Shown here in pieces: positions 1-7,383 of a stretch of DNA of 32,000 bases. The stretch spans positions 750,001 to 782,000 of the forward strand of contig CP064967.1 of NCBI GenBank assembly GCA_016699265.1, written 5' to 3'. Numbering within the stretch: the stretch's first letter is position 1; the number at the start of each line of letters is the position of its first letter. A model generated the notes under the pieces. That model was not told the DNA's origin. It searched no databases and worked only from the letters and a program-made list of their open reading frames with translations. The DNA comes from Candidatus Saccharimonadota bacterium (GTDB taxonomy: Bacteria > Patescibacteriota > Microgenomatia > UBA1406 > GWC2-37-13). Made by a program: the position numbers and the translations under genes.

Positions 1-1545
1 TTTGCTTAGATTTACCGTATCGGAAGTGATGTAAAATTGCTCTTCATCGTCTGCTTGGAAGTACTCTAAGGCATCGGTGACCTTTGCCATAATCTTACTT
101 CCAACCTTAATCTTTTCGACTTTTTTGTATGGAGTCTCTAAAAAGTTGTATTTGTTTACACGACTGTATAAAGCCATATAGGTGACCACTCCGATGTTTG
201 GACCTTCAGGAGATCTAATTGGACAGATGCGTCCATACTGTGAGGCCGAAATATCTCGAATTGAGAATGAAGCACGTTCCTTCTCAATTCCACCTGGTCC
301 TCCTACTGTAATTCTTCGCAAGTTATCTAGCTCTGATAATGGATTTGTTTGATCTACGATTGTCGAAAGCTGACTTGTTCTGAAGAAGGAGTTTAAGGCT
401 ACAGTCAAAGGTTTTGAGTTAACTACCTGTGAAGGAATTACATTAACCTCTCCTGCAACTAAGCTCATTCTTTCTTTTATCTCGCGCTCGGCACGCACCA
501 TTCCTACTCGAATACCATACATTCCTACCAACTCTCCAACTGTGCGAAGTCTTCGATTTCCTAGGTGATCAATATCATCAAATGACTTCTCTCCATTTGT
601 CATAGAGACAAGATATTTAATGGTCTCGATCACGTCCTGCTTAGTGAGGAGGTAGTTTTCTCGGGTAATTTCTAGGTCTACTCCTAATTTCTTGTTAACT
701 TTATATCGTCCAACGTCAGACAATGAGTATCGTCTATGGTTGAAGAAAAGATTGTTAATGGTCTCAACTGCGTTATCAAGAATGAGAGGCTCTCCGGGCT
801 TAACTTTACGATAAATCTCAAGAATTGCTTCATTTCTATTCTGAGTTGCGTCCTTTTTAATTGTTGGGAGAATGTATTTATCAACGAGTGATTGATCAAG
901 ATCCTTAAAGGACTGAAGAATTTGTGCGGTTGAGTCCCCTTCAAAGATACGAACTAGCGCAGATCCTAAGAACTTTCTCTTTTTGTTTACCTTGACCTCG
1001 ATTAAGTTATTTTTATTGATAGTGATATCTAGCCATGCACCAATGTATGGTCGGATCTCAGCGTTGTATAGGGTTAATCCCGTTGTTTTGTCAATCTCTG
1101 CGGTGAAATATACTCCCGGCGCTCTTACTAACTGGTTTATCACAACGCGCTCGATACCATTGATAATAAAGGTGCCTCGATCTGTCATTTTTGGAAGATT
1201 GAAAAAGTACACATCCTGCTTTTTCTCTTGATTCATCTTTTTATTGATGAGTTTAAGCTTTAGATAAACGGGAGTATCGTAAGTGAGTTTTTTTGCTTTA
1301 CAAAGTGCTAGAGGATATCTTGGCTCTCCAAAATAAAAATCTTCAAACTCTAATGTAAACTTTTTCCCTGTGTAATCTTCCACAGGGAAAAATTCTTGAA
1401 GTATTTCACGAAGATTTTTTGTAAGAAATTGGTTCCAAGAATTCTTTTGAATTTCGATCAAATCTAATTTCTCTAGATTTGGTTCAGATTTTCCTATGAG
1501 GAGCTCTTTTCTTGGTTGATCGTTTGTATTAGTCAGTTTAGGCAT
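1..1545 (-). CDS. rpoB: DNA-directed RNA polymerase beta subunit, N-terminal 515 codons (rest of gene lies beyond the left window edge)
   Basis: My own minus-strand translation from ATG 1545-1543 is stop-free to position 1. It reads MPKLTNTNDQPRKELLIGK...GTFIINGIERVVINQLVRAPGVYF...DDIDHLGNRRLRTVGEL...NPLSELDNLRRITVGGPGG...SQYGRICPIRSPEGPNIG, which are conserved RpoB blocks. It is absent from the ORF track because it is open at the window edge. Confidence 0.95.
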   Translation of the reverse strand, partial: MPKLTNTNDQPRKELLIGKSEPNLEKLDLIEIQKNSWNQFLTKNLREILQEFFPVEDYTGKKFTLEFEDFYFGEPRYPLALCKAKKLTYDTPVYLKLKLINKKMNQEKKQDVYFFNLPKMTDRGTFIINGIERVVINQLVRAPGVYFTAEIDKTTGLTLYNAEIRPYIGAWLDITINKNNLIEVKVNKKRKFLGSALVRIFEGDSTAQILQSFKDLDQSLVDKYILPTIKKDATQNRNEAILEIYRKVKPGEPLILDNAVETINNLFFNHRRYSLSDVGRYKVNKKLGVDLEITRENYLLTKQDVIETIKYLVSMTNGEKSFDDIDHLGNRRLRTVGELVGMYGIRVGMVRAEREIKERMSLVAGEVNVIPSQVVNSKPLTVALNSFFRTSQLSTIVDQTNPLSELDNLRRITVGGPGGIEKERASFSIRDISASQYGRICPIRSPEGPNIGVVTYMALYSRVNKYNFLETPYKKVEKIKVGSKIMAKVTDALEYFQADDEEQFYITSDTVNLSK

Positions 1546-1585
1546 CTCGTATTGTGGCGCGAACAACTATTGAGGGATCGTTTCT

Positions 1586-1622
1586 ATAAACAAAACGCCC
1601 CGCCCATGCGGGGTTTGTTATT
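1586..1622 (-). terminator. Intrinsic terminator-like hairpin between the YtxH-like gene and rpoB
   Basis: CCCCGC (1598-1603) / GCGGGG (1608-1613) stem with a 4-nt loop. T-rich tracts follow it on both strands (minus: CGTTTTGTTTAT; plus: TTTGTTATT). Confidence 0.7.
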
Positions 1623-1673
1623 AAAACTCCTATACTATACAGCAAGTATTTTTATTTTGCAAGTGCAATTGAA

Positions 1674-2042
1674 CTAGTGTACTACCTTGCCGTTTCTTAC
1701 CTCAAAGTTGTGCGTTTTGGTCTGAGATCGCGCTGCAAAGTCTATAACTGTTTTAAGAAGAGTTTGAAGCAAAGATTCTTTTTCCTCTACGACTGAACCT
1801 GCCTCGGCACCTTTATCCCTGCCAACTGTCTCTGAACCTGCGAGTCCATCAATATACTCTTCTCCAACGCCTCCCATCGCCTTCTCAACGGTCTCCTCCA
1901 AATTCTCGGTAAGTTCCAGCGCCTTATGAAGATTCTTCCGGCCTTGTTCGGTACCAAATAGATACACGCCAGCAACTCCCATGATAGTACCAAGTGAGAA
2001 ACCAAACCAAAAATTAGAAGGATTATGGTGTTGTTGACTCAT
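1674..2042 (-). CDS. YtxH-like small membrane-anchored protein
   Basis: 122-aa ORF. The N-terminal FWFGFSLGTIMGVAGVYLFGTEQGRKNL resembles the YtxH motif and is followed by an acidic helical tail. Confidence 0.55.
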   Translation of the reverse strand: MSQQHHNPSNFWFGFSLGTIMGVAGVYLFGTEQGRKNLHKALELTENLEETVEKAMGGVGEEYIDGLAGSETVGRDKGAEAGSVVEEKESLLQTLLKTVIDFAARSQTKTHNFEVRNGKVVH

Positions 2043-2310
2043 TTTGATCGTCTGATCGAGAACCCTGTCTCTGTCTGAAAATTTCTAAGATCTTAAAGAC
2101 GCTTTTTAGTCCACCAACAAAACCCATCATGTCATTAAAGCCGTTTTCGACTCCCGAACCTACTCGCTCAAAGCTCTCTACTATAGTCTCCGCCTTCTTC
2201 AACATCACCCTAATCTCCTGCAAAATCTTAATAACCTGATATCCGATCAGGATCATAAAGAGAGATGTGACAGAAAGAGTAACCGCAACAAGAATTTGTG
2301 TTAGATCCAT
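2023..2310 (-). CDS. DUF948-like small membrane-anchored protein
   Basis: 95-aa ORF with one N-terminal TM helix and a helical tail. It overlaps the downstream YtxH-like gene by 20 nt; a DUF948 plus YtxH pairing is common. Confidence 0.45.
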   Translation of the reverse strand: MDLTQILVAVTLSVTSLFMILIGYQVIKILQEIRVMLKKAETIVESFERVGSGVENGFNDMMGFVGGLKSVFKILEIFRQRQGSRSDDQNESTTP

Positions 2311-2367
2311 ACAATTAGAATACAGAAATTAGCAGGAAGTATCAAGGAGCATAACGTAACTTAAATA

Positions 2368-3096
2368 CTAGCCACCAGCTTCTAGCTTTTTGGCTTTCTC
2401 TGCCCAGTAGTTGTTTATACGAAGTAAACTATCAAAGGTTCCTGCATCCTCCCAAATTCCTTCTATGATATCCACCTGTAGCTCTCCTTTTTGAAGATAT
2501 GCATTGTTCACATCCGTGATCTCGACCTCTCCCCGCTCCGATGGTTTCAAAGACTTTGCAATTTCGATTACCTTATTATCATATATATACATACCTACTA
2601 CCGCATACTTACTTTTGGGGTTTTGTGGTTTCTCCTCGATAGAAAGCGCCTTATGGTTAGTGTCAAACTCAACCACTCCAAATCGTTCAGGATCTTCAAC
2701 TTCCTTTGCAAAGACCTTTGCTCCTGTTGAAAAGTTCTTTATACTCTCAGAGAAGTCGAAATCGAAGATGTTATCTCCAAGAATCATGGTAACTGGTCCC
2801 TTTCCGATGAACTGTTCTCCAACTATAAATGCGTCTGCAAGACCACGTGGCTCTTCCTGAATTTCATAGGTAAAACGTACTCCCATTTCCTTCCCCGATC
2901 CTAGCAGATGGAGAAAATGACCAGCATATTCGGGGGCGACTATTATTAAGATGTCCTTTATTCCTCCTCTGATGAGGGTCTCTATCGGATAGTAGATCAT
3001 CGGTTTGTTATAAACCGGAAGAAGTTGTTTCGAAGTGATTTTTGTCAGCGGTCGGAGGCGAGTCGCTCTACCACCAGCAAGTACTATTCCTTTCAT
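2368..3096 (-). CDS. Sugar-1-phosphate nucleotidyltransferase (glucose-1-phosphate thymidylyltransferase-like, short form)
   Basis: MKGIVLAGGRATRLRPLT...LLPVYNKPMIYYPIETL...EPRGLADAF...ILGDNIF, typical of the NTP-transferase / RmlA family. Confidence 0.85.
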   Translation of the reverse strand: MKGIVLAGGRATRLRPLTKITSKQLLPVYNKPMIYYPIETLIRGGIKDILIIVAPEYAGHFLHLLGSGKEMGVRFTYEIQEEPRGLADAFIVGEQFIGKGPVTMILGDNIFDFDFSESIKNFSTGAKVFAKEVEDPERFGVVEFDTNHKALSIEEKPQNPKSKYAVVGMYIYDNKVIEIAKSLKPSERGEVEITDVNNAYLQKGELQVDIIEGIWEDAGTFDSLLRINNYWAEKAKKLEAGG

Positions 3097-3101
3097 AGTT
3101 A

Positions 3102-3374
3102 TTAGCGAAAAAATAGGACGCTTAATAAAAGCAGGACGCCCAAACTAATCAAGATGTATTCTAGCACATTCTTTAGATTGACAGAGTCGTCTCTCATGTG
3201 ATGACCGATACCCCAGACTACATAGAAAGAACTGAAGGTAAGCACTGTCATGTAACTTGCAAATTTATCTCCTTGGAAAAATCTGAGAAACATCAAAAAA
3301 AATACTGTCCCAGTCGCTAAAACAAGGTAATCAACATAGTGCTCTCCTAACTCCACCTGCAGTGCTTTTTTCAT
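3102..3374 (-). CDS. Small integral membrane protein, unknown function
   Basis: 90-aa ORF with about three hydrophobic helices, tightly packed in the minus-strand operon. Confidence 0.45.
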   Translation of the reverse strand: MKKALQVELGEHYVDYLVLATGTVFFLMFLRFFQGDKFASYMTVLTFSSFYVVWGIGHHMRDDSVNLKNVLEYILISLGVLLLLSVLFFR

Positions 3375-3389
3375 TTTATTTATACCGAA

Positions 3390-4268
3390 CTATAAAATAG
3401 TTCCGTTAACTAACAACATTATAGTAGCAATAGCAATAGCAAATAGGAAGATGAAGTGAGCAAGACTTTTACCATGCATTCTAACTAGCTTAAGTTTTGA
3501 TGCCATATAAAAATCCAGGGCAAATATGCCTAGTAAAAATATGAGAAACCCTGAAGCTAGTTGGGTAGAGGTGAATGGTAGTTGAATCATGGGCTTTGGA
3601 GCGGACGCCATCTGAGCTGTTGTGAACTCTGAGAGAACCGAGTTCTTAGTAGTAATTTTTTTAGTAGTCGTAGTTTTATTCTGCACCTGAATTGCCTCAG
3701 ATGGCCTACCAAACATCTGTACAACGAGAGTTGTCTGCTCACCAACTAAGCCTCCGTCGACTACCGCAAATCCCACCTCAGTGAAATCTTTACGCAGCAT
3801 ATTCTCACGATGAGTCGGAGAGTTCATCCATGCACTTACCACGTTTTTTGAGTACAAGAAGTTTTTTGCAAGGTTCTCACCTGCAGATTCGTATCTATAT
3901 CCAGAAGCGGTTATAAACTGCCATGGGGTCTCACCATTTGGCCCAAAGTGTGCCCAGTAGTTGTTGGCAAACATGTTCTGTGCCTTATTTGCTGCTGCAG
4001 TTGCAAGTTTCTGATTGTAGATAAGGGGTTTTAATCCATTATTCACCCTCTGCTCATTTGTATATTCCACCAATTTTGTGACAGTGATGTCTTTTGCCAG
4101 TCCGAGAACATTATCAAAAGGTAGAACTACAAACTTGTTAAGACTCACTAACAAAAATCCGACAACTAAATATGCTGTTAATACATCGTGATGAATTACC
4201 TTTGCTCGATAGTTGTTGTGCTGAGCGGGTAGAAAAAGGTAAGAAAAGAATTTTTTTATTGCGTTCAT
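3390..4268 (-). CDS. CAP/SCP (YkwD-like) domain protein with N- and C-terminal membrane segments
   Basis: NGLKPLIYNQKLATAAANKAQNM...YWAHFGPNGE...ESAGENLAKNF...VVSAWMNSPTHRENML...EVGFAV matches the CAP domain pattern. Hydrophobic helices sit at both ends. Confidence 0.8.
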   Translation of the reverse strand: MNAIKKFFSYLFLPAQHNNYRAKVIHHDVLTAYLVVGFLLVSLNKFVVLPFDNVLGLAKDITVTKLVEYTNEQRVNNGLKPLIYNQKLATAAANKAQNMFANNYWAHFGPNGETPWQFITASGYRYESAGENLAKNFLYSKNVVSAWMNSPTHRENMLRKDFTEVGFAVVDGGLVGEQTTLVVQMFGRPSEAIQVQNKTTTTKKITTKNSVLSEFTTAQMASAPKPMIQLPFTSTQLASGFLIFLLGIFALDFYMASKLKLVRMHGKSLAHFIFLFAIAIATIMLLVNGTIL

Positions 4269-4657
4269 TTCAGGAATCGTTTTACAAATGTATATTTATA
4301 TTTACTATAAGAATACATCAAAAACATACCGATAGTATCAATTGCGATATCGCGAGGTTTTCCCTCTCTTGTTGGAACGAAAGTCTGGTGAAGTTCGTCA
4401 CTCGCTGCATATAGAAATGCAACAATAAAAGCCTTAGCCCAAGCGCTTTTCCGCATCGATACATTCGAATTATTTTTTAGGAAGGCGCGGAATAAGAGAA
4501 AATAAAGAGCCGCATATTCAATAACATGAAGCGTTTTGAAGAACACAAAATTCCATTCGTACACCTCAGAAACTTGGGTTCTTTCTCGGGCAGAAAGTAG
4601 GAAGATAGTGATCATCCACAGAACTGGAGGACCCCAATACCACAACCATTTCTTCAT
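4265..4657 (-). CDS. VanZ-like membrane protein
   Basis: Four hydrophobic segments and the VanZ signature SDELHQTFVPTREGKPRDIAIDTIG. It has 4-nt ATGA-type overlaps with both neighbours. Confidence 0.7.
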   Translation of the reverse strand: MKKWLWYWGPPVLWMITIFLLSARERTQVSEVYEWNFVFFKTLHVIEYAALYFLLFRAFLKNNSNVSMRKSAWAKAFIVAFLYAASDELHQTFVPTREGKPRDIAIDTIGMFLMYSYSKYKYTFVKRFLK

Positions 4658-6576
4658 AGAATGATTCTAATGAAGAGAAACCCCGCTGTCAAAAAAGAGA
4701 TGATAGAAGAAATTATCGTTGCGGTCTTTACCGTCCTGATCCTTGGATCTGTCCTCACCTTTTCCTTTTGAGTATCCTTATGGCCTTCAATCGATCGCGA
4801 ATGACTCAATGTTGGTCTTGTATAGTATCGGGAGGGCCTAACTAAATCATCGTTGTTTTCATAACTCGCGATTTCTTCACCAAGAATTGCGCTTTTAGTT
4901 CTCGTCGGACCAACGGTTATTCTCGGAGTCGAAGTTGTACTTGGAGTTGGCGATGGGGTTATCGAAGACTCGATTAAACAGGAGTTATTGAAATACTCTT
5001 TAGAAGGATTTTGAATACAGTAATTTGAGGAATCGAACGATGTGCGCCCTGCGCTTTTTCCCTTTTCCGATGAGTCATATGCAAATGTGTCTATGAGCGA
5101 ATCATCTGAGTTAAGAAGACGTACAGTGTCGCCTTCGTTGTTAAACATTGATATCGAAAGATCTATCGCTTTAAAAGAATATCCCGGAATAGTGAGGTTG
5201 ATTTTTTTTGGAGAAGATCCTCCATCTGCTACGTCGTCTATTTTCCAGTTTTGTAACTGCACTGAAAAAGAATTATCGTTATAGAGTTCTAACCACTCTT
5301 GTTCATTTTCATTTGGATATGCATACACCTCAGATAGATATACATACCTTATCTCTGGAATACCGGTCGGGCTTGGGAGAGGTGTTGGCGTTTGTAGTGG
5401 AGTAGTGGTTGGCGTAGGGGTTACGGTAGGTGTCGGACTTTCAATCACCATACATTCATTATTGCTGATATTTTTCGATGCAATCTGTAAACAGTAACCG
5501 GAGGATAGAAAAGAAATCCTACCAATACTCAATCCCTTCTGTGAGCTGGTATATGTAAATGAGTCAACTAATAGATCTCGGTTGTTTATCAGACGCACTT
5601 CATCACCGTCGTTATTGAAAACTGAACTTGTAAAATCAACAACCTGAAATGAATAGGCCGGAATGGTAACGGAGAATGACTTAGGGTTTGCCCCTGTATT
5701 TTCCACATCGTCAATGCTCCAGTTAGATAGGGTGACTGGAAAACTGTTGTCGTTATATATCTCGCCCCATTCATTCTCTCCATCGTTTGGGTTAGGATAA
5801 ACCTCAGATAAATAAACATTGTTTATTACGATCTCCGGTATAGAAGTTGGAATTGTTGTAGCCGTAGGGACAGGTGTGTTTGTAGGTACTATGGTTACGG
5901 TGGGTATCTGCGTGGGTGTTGAACTAGGAGCGTGAGTTGATGTTGGGATTTGAGTTGGTGTGGGAATTGAGGTACTCGTTGGCGACGTTGCATTGGTAGG
6001 GATTAATGTTGGAATCAGAGTAGGTAAAGGCGTACTTGTGGGGGTTGGTGTTTCGGTGGGAGTTGGAGACGAAGTCGAGGTTGGTGTTGGAGAAGGTATG
6101 TATGCACACGATAATCCAGTTAAGTTATATTTATCAAAATTTGCAGCACCTGTAGCCCATACCAACTGCCCATCTGGTATTCGCTGAAAAGTAACTCCTG
6201 ATCCGGAACTCGCTTTATAGTCGAAAGCATCTATGAGATGGGCCGATAGTGAGGTTGGAGGAGCTGATGAGTCAAACAACCTGACGGTATCGGAAGTAGT
6301 TCTATTGAAATTATAATTACCAGAAAAACTTACACAAGCATTTGGGTATAACTGAGTTCCAGATGGAATCGTAAAATAGGTTGTTCCCCCATTATCATCA
6401 ATATGCCAATTGGAAAGATCGACAATCTCGGTACCGGTATTTATCAGTTCTACGATTTGGGGAGATGGATCAATAAGAAACTCGTTTATCTTTATTGTTG
6501 AAGCCTGTCCAAAAACCAATGGAGCAAAAAGAATATAAATAAAACACAGTAGCAAGTATCGTAATTTCACAGTCAA
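4654..6576 (-). CDS. Secreted, C-terminally anchored protein with three lamin-tail-domain (LTD) modules and Pro/Thr-rich linkers
   Basis: TTG start, signal peptide (LLLCFIYILFAPLVFGQA), and LTD-like blocks: INEFLIDPSP...VELINTGTEIVDLSNWHIDD, then two duplicated modules VYLSEVY.NPN...W.E.YNDNSF.V.L.NW.IDD. The P/T linker is about 5839-6096. A C-terminal TM helix follows. Confidence 0.85.
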   Translation of the reverse strand: MTVKLRYLLLCFIYILFAPLVFGQASTIKINEFLIDPSPQIVELINTGTEIVDLSNWHIDDNGGTTYFTIPSGTQLYPNACVSFSGNYNFNRTTSDTVRLFDSSAPPTSLSAHLIDAFDYKASSGSGVTFQRIPDGQLVWATGAANFDKYNLTGLSCAYIPSPTPTSTSSPTPTETPTPTSTPLPTLIPTLIPTNATSPTSTSIPTPTQIPTSTHAPSSTPTQIPTVTIVPTNTPVPTATTIPTSIPEIVINNVYLSEVYPNPNDGENEWGEIYNDNSFPVTLSNWSIDDVENTGANPKSFSVTIPAYSFQVVDFTSSVFNNDGDEVRLINNRDLLVDSFTYTSSQKGLSIGRISFLSSGYCLQIASKNISNNECMVIESPTPTVTPTPTTTPLQTPTPLPSPTGIPEIRYVYLSEVYAYPNENEQEWLELYNDNSFSVQLQNWKIDDVADGGSSPKKINLTIPGYSFKAIDLSISMFNNEGDTVRLLNSDDSLIDTFAYDSSEKGKSAGRTSFDSSNYCIQNPSKEYFNNSCLIESSITPSPTPSTTSTPRITVGPTRTKSAILGEEIASYENNDDLVRPSRYYTRPTLSHSRSIEGHKDTQKEKVRTDPRIRTVKTATIISSIISFLTAGFLFIRIIL

Positions 6577-6582
6577 TTTATC

Positions 6583-6612
6583 ATTAACGAATTAACGTAT
6601 TAACGCATTAAT
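6583..6612. repeat. Tandem 8-nt word ATTAACGN x3.5 at the 3' flank of four-helix-bundle gene 1
   Basis: attaacga attaacgt attaacgc attaat, read directly. It overlaps the stop codon of the 6608-7000 gene. Confidence 0.9.
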
Positions 6613-7000
6613 TTTTAGTTATAAATTCTTTATTAATACGCTTATTTGTTAAATAATTGATAAAGCCACCAATTTGTCTAGACAAATTGTCAAGTAGATT
6701 GGATATTTTTACGAACTCTTCTTCAGTTACATAATCTATTTCTCTCGAAATATACATTTGACTACGTACTTCTCCAGAAGAGCCCTTTGCTATTTTTAAA
6801 TACCTAATGAATTCGTTGTTATTATTTTTTTCAAATCCTTCTACAATATTTGAGTTTATAGAAACAGATGCTCTTCTCAATTGATCCCTTAAGCCAAAAT
6901 CTTTACTAAAGTATTTATTGGAAGTAAGCTTATAAACTTCCTTAACCACCTTAATAGACTCTTTCCAAATGGGGAAATCTTCAAATCTAGTAATTTTCAT
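6608..7000 (-). CDS. Four-helix-bundle protein (23S rRNA intervening-sequence protein / Avd-like family)
   Basis: FEDFPIWKESIKVVKEVYKLT...FGLRDQLRRASVSINSNIVEGFEK...EFIRYLKIAKGSSGEVRSQMYI matches the family pattern. Confidence 0.85.
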   Translation of the reverse strand: MKITRFEDFPIWKESIKVVKEVYKLTSNKYFSKDFGLRDQLRRASVSINSNIVEGFEKNNNNEFIRYLKIAKGSSGEVRSQMYISREIDYVTEEEFVKISNLLDNLSRQIGGFINYLTNKRINKEFITKN

Positions 7001-7012
7001 CTGAATTGGATT

Positions 7013-7036
7013 CGTTAATTCTTTAATCCGTTAATA
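7013..7036. repeat. Inverted copies (CGTTAATN, 8-nt period x3) of the ATTAACG word at the 5' flank of four-helix-bundle gene 1
   Basis: cgttaatt ctttaatc cgttaata is the reverse complement of the word array at 6583-6612. Confidence 0.85.
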
Positions 7037-7074
7037 GAGTAATAATGTAGATTTGAGTTGTCAGTCGCATATAT

Positions 7075-7144
7075 GCTACAAAATAAGGAGTCTAGATCGA
7101 TGGAGAGGGATATTTTTAATGAAGTACAAGCCCTCCTTCTAGAC
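7075..7144 (-). terminator. Long two-part hairpin followed by a T-tract (minus strand), downstream of tRNA-Ser
   Basis: GTCTAGA (7090-7096) pairs with TCTAGAC (7138-7144). The inner GGAGAGGG (7102-7109) pairs with CCCTCC (7131-7136). The loop is AT-rich. The minus strand continues TCCTTATTTTGT. Confidence 0.55.
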
Positions 7145-7167
7145 TTACTTGCATGGTGTATCTAAAG

Positions 7168-7227
7168 GCGGACTTCGTCCGCTGAAACCCGAGCGAAGCC
7201 CTCCTCCGCCCTTTGGGCTTCGGCGGG
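7168..7227 (-). other. Two GC-rich hairpins immediately 3' of tRNA-Ser (structured trailer or terminator-like)
   Basis: 7188-7201 pairs with 7215-7227 (8 + 4 bp, 13-nt loop). GCGGAC ttc GTCCGC lies at 7168-7182. This stretch is visibly more GC-rich than its surroundings. Confidence 0.45.
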
Positions 7228-7233
7228 TGAAAG

Positions 7234-7317
7234 CGGAAGGTACAGGATTCGAACCTGTGAGGGATTGCTCCCACTAGTTTTCGAAACTAGCGCCTTTAGC
7301 CACTCAGCCAACCTTCC
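7234..7317 (-). tRNA. tRNA-Ser (anticodon CGA), long variable arm, no encoded CCA
   Basis: Minus strand GGAAGGT TG GCTGAGTGGCTAAAGGC G CTAGT TTCGAAA ACTAG TGGGAGCAATCCCTCAC AGG TTCGAAT CCTGT ACCTTCC G. It has the acceptor, anticodon and T stems and a GGTTCGAATCC T-loop. Confidence 0.9.
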
Positions 7318-7323
7318 ACACCT

Positions 7324-7329
7324 ATTATA
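7324..7329 (-). promoter_or_regulatory. -10 box (TATAAT) 6 nt upstream of the mature 5' end of tRNA-Ser
   Basis: Minus strand reads ...gatgaTATAATaggtgtGGAAGG... Confidence 0.5.
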
Positions 7330-7383
7330 TCATCTAAGCTCAGGCTCAAAATATGCGGAGGAATTTTATGGTAAAATTAGACC

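Noticed and set aside
684-1231. ORFs 684-944 (-) and 983-1231 (+)
   Set aside because: Both lie inside rpoB, in the wrong frame or on the wrong strand.
5924-6187. 61-aa and 75-aa ORFs within the LTD gene
   Set aside because: They are alternative-frame or antisense readings of the Pro/Thr-linker DNA. The LTD frame is clearly the coding one.
6608-7000. Four-helix-bundle (Avd-like) genes as part of a diversity-generating retroelement
   Set aside because: No reverse transcriptase ORF and no template/variable repeat pair is visible near either copy (6608-7000 or 22812-23165).
6583-7036. Short tandem word arrays (here, at 24824-24891 and at 23679-23718) as CRISPR arrays
   Set aside because: The units are 8-16 nt and directly abut each other with no unique spacers. 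No cas genes are present.
7168-7227. GC-rich structured stretch as a known ncRNA (SRP RNA, 6S, tmRNA or RNase P fragment)
   Set aside because: I recognised none of the characteristic motifs, for example the SRP GGAA/AGCA domain-IV pattern. It is more simply explained as a tRNA trailer or terminator hairpins. It is reported only as an unexplained structure.
7030-7330. Genomic island or integrated element at the tRNA-Ser 3' end
   Set aside because: No integrase, transposase or recombinase-like ORF exists anywhere in the window, and I noticed no duplicated tRNA 3' segment. The neighbouring genes are ordinary.
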